Assembly: GCF_036365525.1 (NCBI RefSeq)
Contig: NC_090386.1
Coordinates: 81,800,797-81,864,796, forward strand
Length of the DNA: 64,000 bases
Direction of reading: 5' to 3'
Source of the DNA: Heterodontus francisci
Taxonomy: Eukaryota
Shown: positions 59,801 to 64,000 of the stretch, piece by piece
Layout of the letters: the number at the start of each line of letters is the position of its first letter
Numbering within the stretch: the stretch's first letter is position 1
The notes under the pieces: generated by a model
What the model was told of the DNA's origin: nothing
What the model saw: the letters and a program-made list of their open reading frames with translations, nothing else
The model's database searches: none
Translations under genes and position numbers: made by a program

Positions 59801-62004
59801 CCTTTTATTTATTCTTGCCCTCGTGCGTTAAATTGCCTTGTTTTCTGCCTTAAAGATCGTGCATAAGTCCAAGTTATTGTGCTTGCAGTAGTTATTTTAT
59901 GGATGGGTATGTTATCTCCAAATAAACATGTTTCCATTATTAATAATACAGTGCGGTAGCAAGTTAGCGATGCCGAAGACATCCTCCTTGAAGGAGCAGG
60001 TGAGGTGAGTGAGGCAGGCTTCAACAGGGCTTGGGTGAACCGGTCCAGCACTATGCGTAAGTTTGGGTTTGGAGGATGCCGTGCTTCCCGATGCCTAGCA
60101 TCTGGGGCTTTGATCCACAGGCGATTAAGACACTCTCGCAGCAGGGAACGAGTAGTTAGAAAGGATTCGGGTGCGTGTGAGGTTTGTTACCAATAAATGA
60201 GGCAGATTGCAGCCCTTCTCAATAAATGATGCAGGGTTTAATCATCAGTGGTACCAACAGTAAGTCAGATGTTTAAACCAACATGAGTGATTCACTCTGA
60301 ATCCATGAGATCCACAGGCCTCTTAGGTTCTTCATTTTATAACTTTATCCCCCTTCCGCAATGTAGATGTTGCTTTCCTGATTTACATCTGTAAATCAGG
60401 GGAGGAACTATTGTGCTTTTAAGATCCCATAAAGAAACAGCTATATACAAGCAAGGAAAATACTATAGGTGCTGGAAATAATATTTGTATTGTGCTACAA
60501 GGGGTCCATGGAATTCGATAACAATTTTCTTAGCAATTGTATTGACTTTTTCTTACCAACATCTACATTATTTAGCCAAACTGCCGTCTGTCTCAGTGCA
60601 CCTGAAATTTTTTTGGACCCCTGTCTTTCCCCTCCCCACCATGTGCTCTGAACTACTAAGCAGCATCTTCTGCAAACTCAGGGGAGAGGAAGGGAACAGC
60701 TAAGAGGCAGAAGACCGTAGCCCACTCGCTTTTAGCCCTATTGGTGGCACTTTGGCATCATGGCTTATTTTATGCTGGTTTGTACATCGGTAAACAATGC
60801 CTCTGGGAAAGTTCCCTTTGGCAAGATTGGTGCAGAAACCGACAAAATTTCTGGATGCGTGATCCAGGAGATTCCGGGCAATTTGAGTTGTGCATCATTG
60901 TTAACTTGCATGTGAGCAATATGGCGGGTACGCTAGAGAAACAGAGATTGTGTATTCGGAGCTGTTTTAAGGAAAAGTAAAGAAAATGTGCAAGTTTTCT
61001 TTTTTAAAAGTTTGTATTTTCTACTACTCTACTTCACAATTTTTAATTGGAAAAGGAGTTTTGTCAGTATCTTGAAACATTTATGGCATTAGATGTTAGA
61101 TGTGCTTTTGAAATGTAACTTATTGTTGTTATTGATACTAACTTTGGCCATCATTGGCTTTTACTGTAGAAACAATGGAATGTCAGTACCTCAGGAAATA
61201 TGTACATCCTGATCACACTGTGAAGTGCCAGTTATATGTCCTGCCCAGAGTCAATGGAATTGAATGACAAACAGGATGTCTAACAAGCTGCAGAGATAAT
61301 GTTGCCCATTTTGTGTCCCTGCCCAATTCAAATTTCACCCCTTCAGTGCCTGGTTTTTAAAACCTCTGTTAGTGGGCATTGTAATTTTTAAAAACATTTT
61401 ATTAAAAGAACATGGTACAACAGTAAACTAAGATCTTTAGTGTGTTGTTATATTCAAGCCAAATAACAAATAGTTAAATGCATCTCAATAGGTTACAAAC
61501 CAAATGACCCAATGCTGGGGAGGTCCATGCTTACCAGAGGAAATTAACAACCAGCTCCAGAATATTTCCTAGCTACTAAGTTCTTTTTGAAGATAGCCCA
61601 TCCTTTATTATAATGTCTTCCATCCCATGCATCTCAAAATCAGAAGCAATCAACAATATTTTTCAGCAAAAACTAAATTTATATTGAACAAGGTCTTTCC
61701 AGAAGTATAGTATGTATTATTGCACCACCTAAATACCAGTTGAGGCCAGAATTCATAACTAGACTTGAATAAGTAACAAAAAGATTTCTGTGCTCTAAGT
61801 TCCTTGACCAAATATAGGGTCCAGATGAGGCCATTTTACCCACAGAGGTAGAAGTAAGTCTTGGACCATGCACCTGCGCTTTGGCCTTAGCCCCCTTCAC
61901 AGCTTCACAGGAATATAAGACATGCTGTTCTGGTCAAAATAACAGATTAGTTCCTAGAGCTCCAAATTGTTGAGTATTTTAATTCCATTTCAGTGTTCGA
62001 CTCC

Positions 62005-64000
62005 AAGGATGCAAAATTATGCTCCATTGGTGCCATTGGTGCTGAGGCTACAGAAGGTTCAAAGACAGAAAATGGTGAGTGTAACGCTGCTGGCCACTTC
62101 TGGCATGTCCTGCGCAGTGCCCCATGCTTGGCAGAACACTAGTGCGGGCACGCTGTGTGTGCGCCAGTAACGTGAGAAGAGGTCGGTTGGTAATATCAAT
62201 CTGTTCTAGCTGATTTATGTATGTGGCTGAAACTTCTATTGTGCAGGTCCATTGTATGCCTGTGCTAATCACTCTCAATTAAACATGCTTTCAGCTGCGT
62301 GTGTGACCCTCCTGCCCACCACTAGCGTTATTTAAAGGGACAGGCATCCAATTTGGAGGTGAGGTGCTTTTGACTTACTTCTGCTATGGAGAGGTTTGTG
62401 GTAGTAATGTGGTCTGTTTTTAGAGGCCTATTAATGAATGTGCATCCATTCAGGGAGGACAGAGGGTTTTGTCCCCTGTAGTCTGCAATGTATGGGAGCT
62501 GTTGTTGAAGTGCTCCTAGGTCTGCAACACTTCCCACAAATGGAGTAGAAGCTGCAGAGGGGTGAAGCTCTGCAAAGTGGGAGGAAGAGGAGGTCTCGCC
62601 ACAGAAAGCCCTACCCGCCGCAGGTTTTCCAAGAGCACTTCTCATACCTATACTTGAGTCAGGGGCAATACCGGAGGTGACTCAGGTTCACTAAGAAGGT
62701 GGCTGCAGAATTGTGCCACCTCTTTCAACACAACATTGAGCCTCACACCAGGGTGAGGACAGCACTGCGAATGGCCGTAAAGGTCACAGTGGCATTAAAC
62801 TTCTTTGCAACTGGATCTTTCCAGGCGGGAGCATTTTCCACTGCACCATCCATCAATGCACCCAGGAGATGACAGAGGCCCTATATGACAAAAGAGATGA
62901 TTACTTGGTGTTCTTTTTAAGGAGCACATAGATTTGCCTGGATAATGAGACCCCTGATGTCAATGGGGAGAGGTATGGGAACTGCAAGGGCTTCGTGCAG
63001 TTGTGTGTGACCATCCACATTACATCATGTTGGTGAATGCCCACTATCCTAGCAGCAGTCACAATGCCTTCATTCTCAGGCAGCCTGTCATTCCCACCTT
63101 CTTTGTGCCCCCAGGAATAACCAGAAGGTGGCTACCTGGGGATAAAGGCTATCCCTCTGGCTGATGACTCCCCTCTGCAACCCGACCATGTGAGGACAGT
63201 GAGAATATAATGACAGTCATGCAGCCACCAGGAGCATTGAGCAGCATGCTAACAGCACATTGAAGCGACAATTTCTGATCTCTGGACCACTCAGGGGGTG
63301 CCATCCAGTACACGGAGGATTGCGCCTCCAAGTTCATGGTGGTCTGCTGCGTCCTCCACAACATTGGTATCATCAGGGCACAGACATTACTACAAGGAAC
63401 CTGGAGACAACATCGGGATGAGGAGGAGGAGGAAGGAGGACGAAGAGGTCCACGCTTGCATCATCTGCAGTTTGCACATTCTGTCAGGCAACAGCATGAT
63501 GGTGAGTTGGGAACTGAGAAAGGGCATACAGTCACCCTGAATGCTCTCAGTGATGCCAAATGCTATGGGCTCTGTTGCAGCCATCCCATGATGAGCAGCA
63601 CCATCTCCTCCATCGAGTTCAGGGGTTAAAGCCATGCCTACCCCCCGCCCCCCACCCCCCCAACCCCCCACCGAGACTCGACTTTGCTTCCTTTTATTAT
63701 GGTCAACCTGGTCCTGCAAGAGAGAGGGCAGAATGTCAGTGATTACCCCATGTTGCCCTGTGTTTGGGTGAAGTGCCTGCCAGCGCTAAGTAGCTGGAGG
63801 TCTGTAGAGGCAGTGAGAGGTGGGTGTGAGGTTGTCATTGGAAGATGTGTGAGGGTGAGGTGGAGTATCTGAATGTTAGATGTGAGTCCTGAGTGCTAGG
63901 GTGGGGTGCATTGAGCAGCATAAGAGGTTGGTGGTGAGGTGGCTATGGGATGTCCTTTGTAGATGTTGACCACCTGAGGTCATTAAACTTCTTCCAGCAC
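62005..64000 (+). mobile_element. PIF/Harbinger element with a transposase and a convergent Myb/SANT remnant, running off the window
   Basis: Transposase remnant on the + strand, and a CWKKFNDL Myb/SANT motif on the - strand at about 63960-64000. The left boundary is approximate. Confidence 0.75.
62492..63480 (+). pseudogene. Harbinger transposase remnant (HARBI1-like)
   Basis: RKPYPPQVFQEHFSYLYLS..LRFTK..ELCHL..AVKVTVALNFFATGSFQ, PSSSHNAFIL, WLPGDKGYP, LKRQF and VVCCVLHNIGI, with many indels. Confidence 0.88.

Overview
This is vertebrate nuclear DNA, almost certainly from a shark or other elasmobranch: it carries three young HE1-type V-SINEs, SacSINE1/DeuSINE-like fragments, and shark-type CR1, L2, RTE and Penelope elements. 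I can recognise no host protein-coding gene, rRNA, true tRNA gene or CRISPR array, so the window looks like a long intron or intergenic region. By eye, well over half of it is decayed and often nested transposable elements. The main ones are: a Mag/SURL-like Gypsy provirus with both LTRs, a tRNA-Leu PBS and a 5-bp TSD (4207-9653); a Gmr1-like Gypsy remnant with PR-IN-RT-RH order (about 53025-57520) and related solo LTRs; two 5'-complete CR1 LINEs; a near full-length RTE LINE; a second Jockey-group LINE; Penelope-like elements, one with an intact minimal hammerhead ribozyme; PIF/Harbinger transposase and intron-containing Myb/SANT remnants with many non-autonomous derivatives; and a hAT MITE. 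Between the repeats are AT-rich unique islands with homeodomain, POU and RFX motifs (candidate conserved non-coding enhancers) and one unexplained CpG-retaining segment near 60 kb. I found no convincing previously undescribed biological system; the most interesting items are known element classes in unusual arrangements. Boundaries not anchored by TSDs or TIRs are approximate, and family names come from motif recognition, not database searches.
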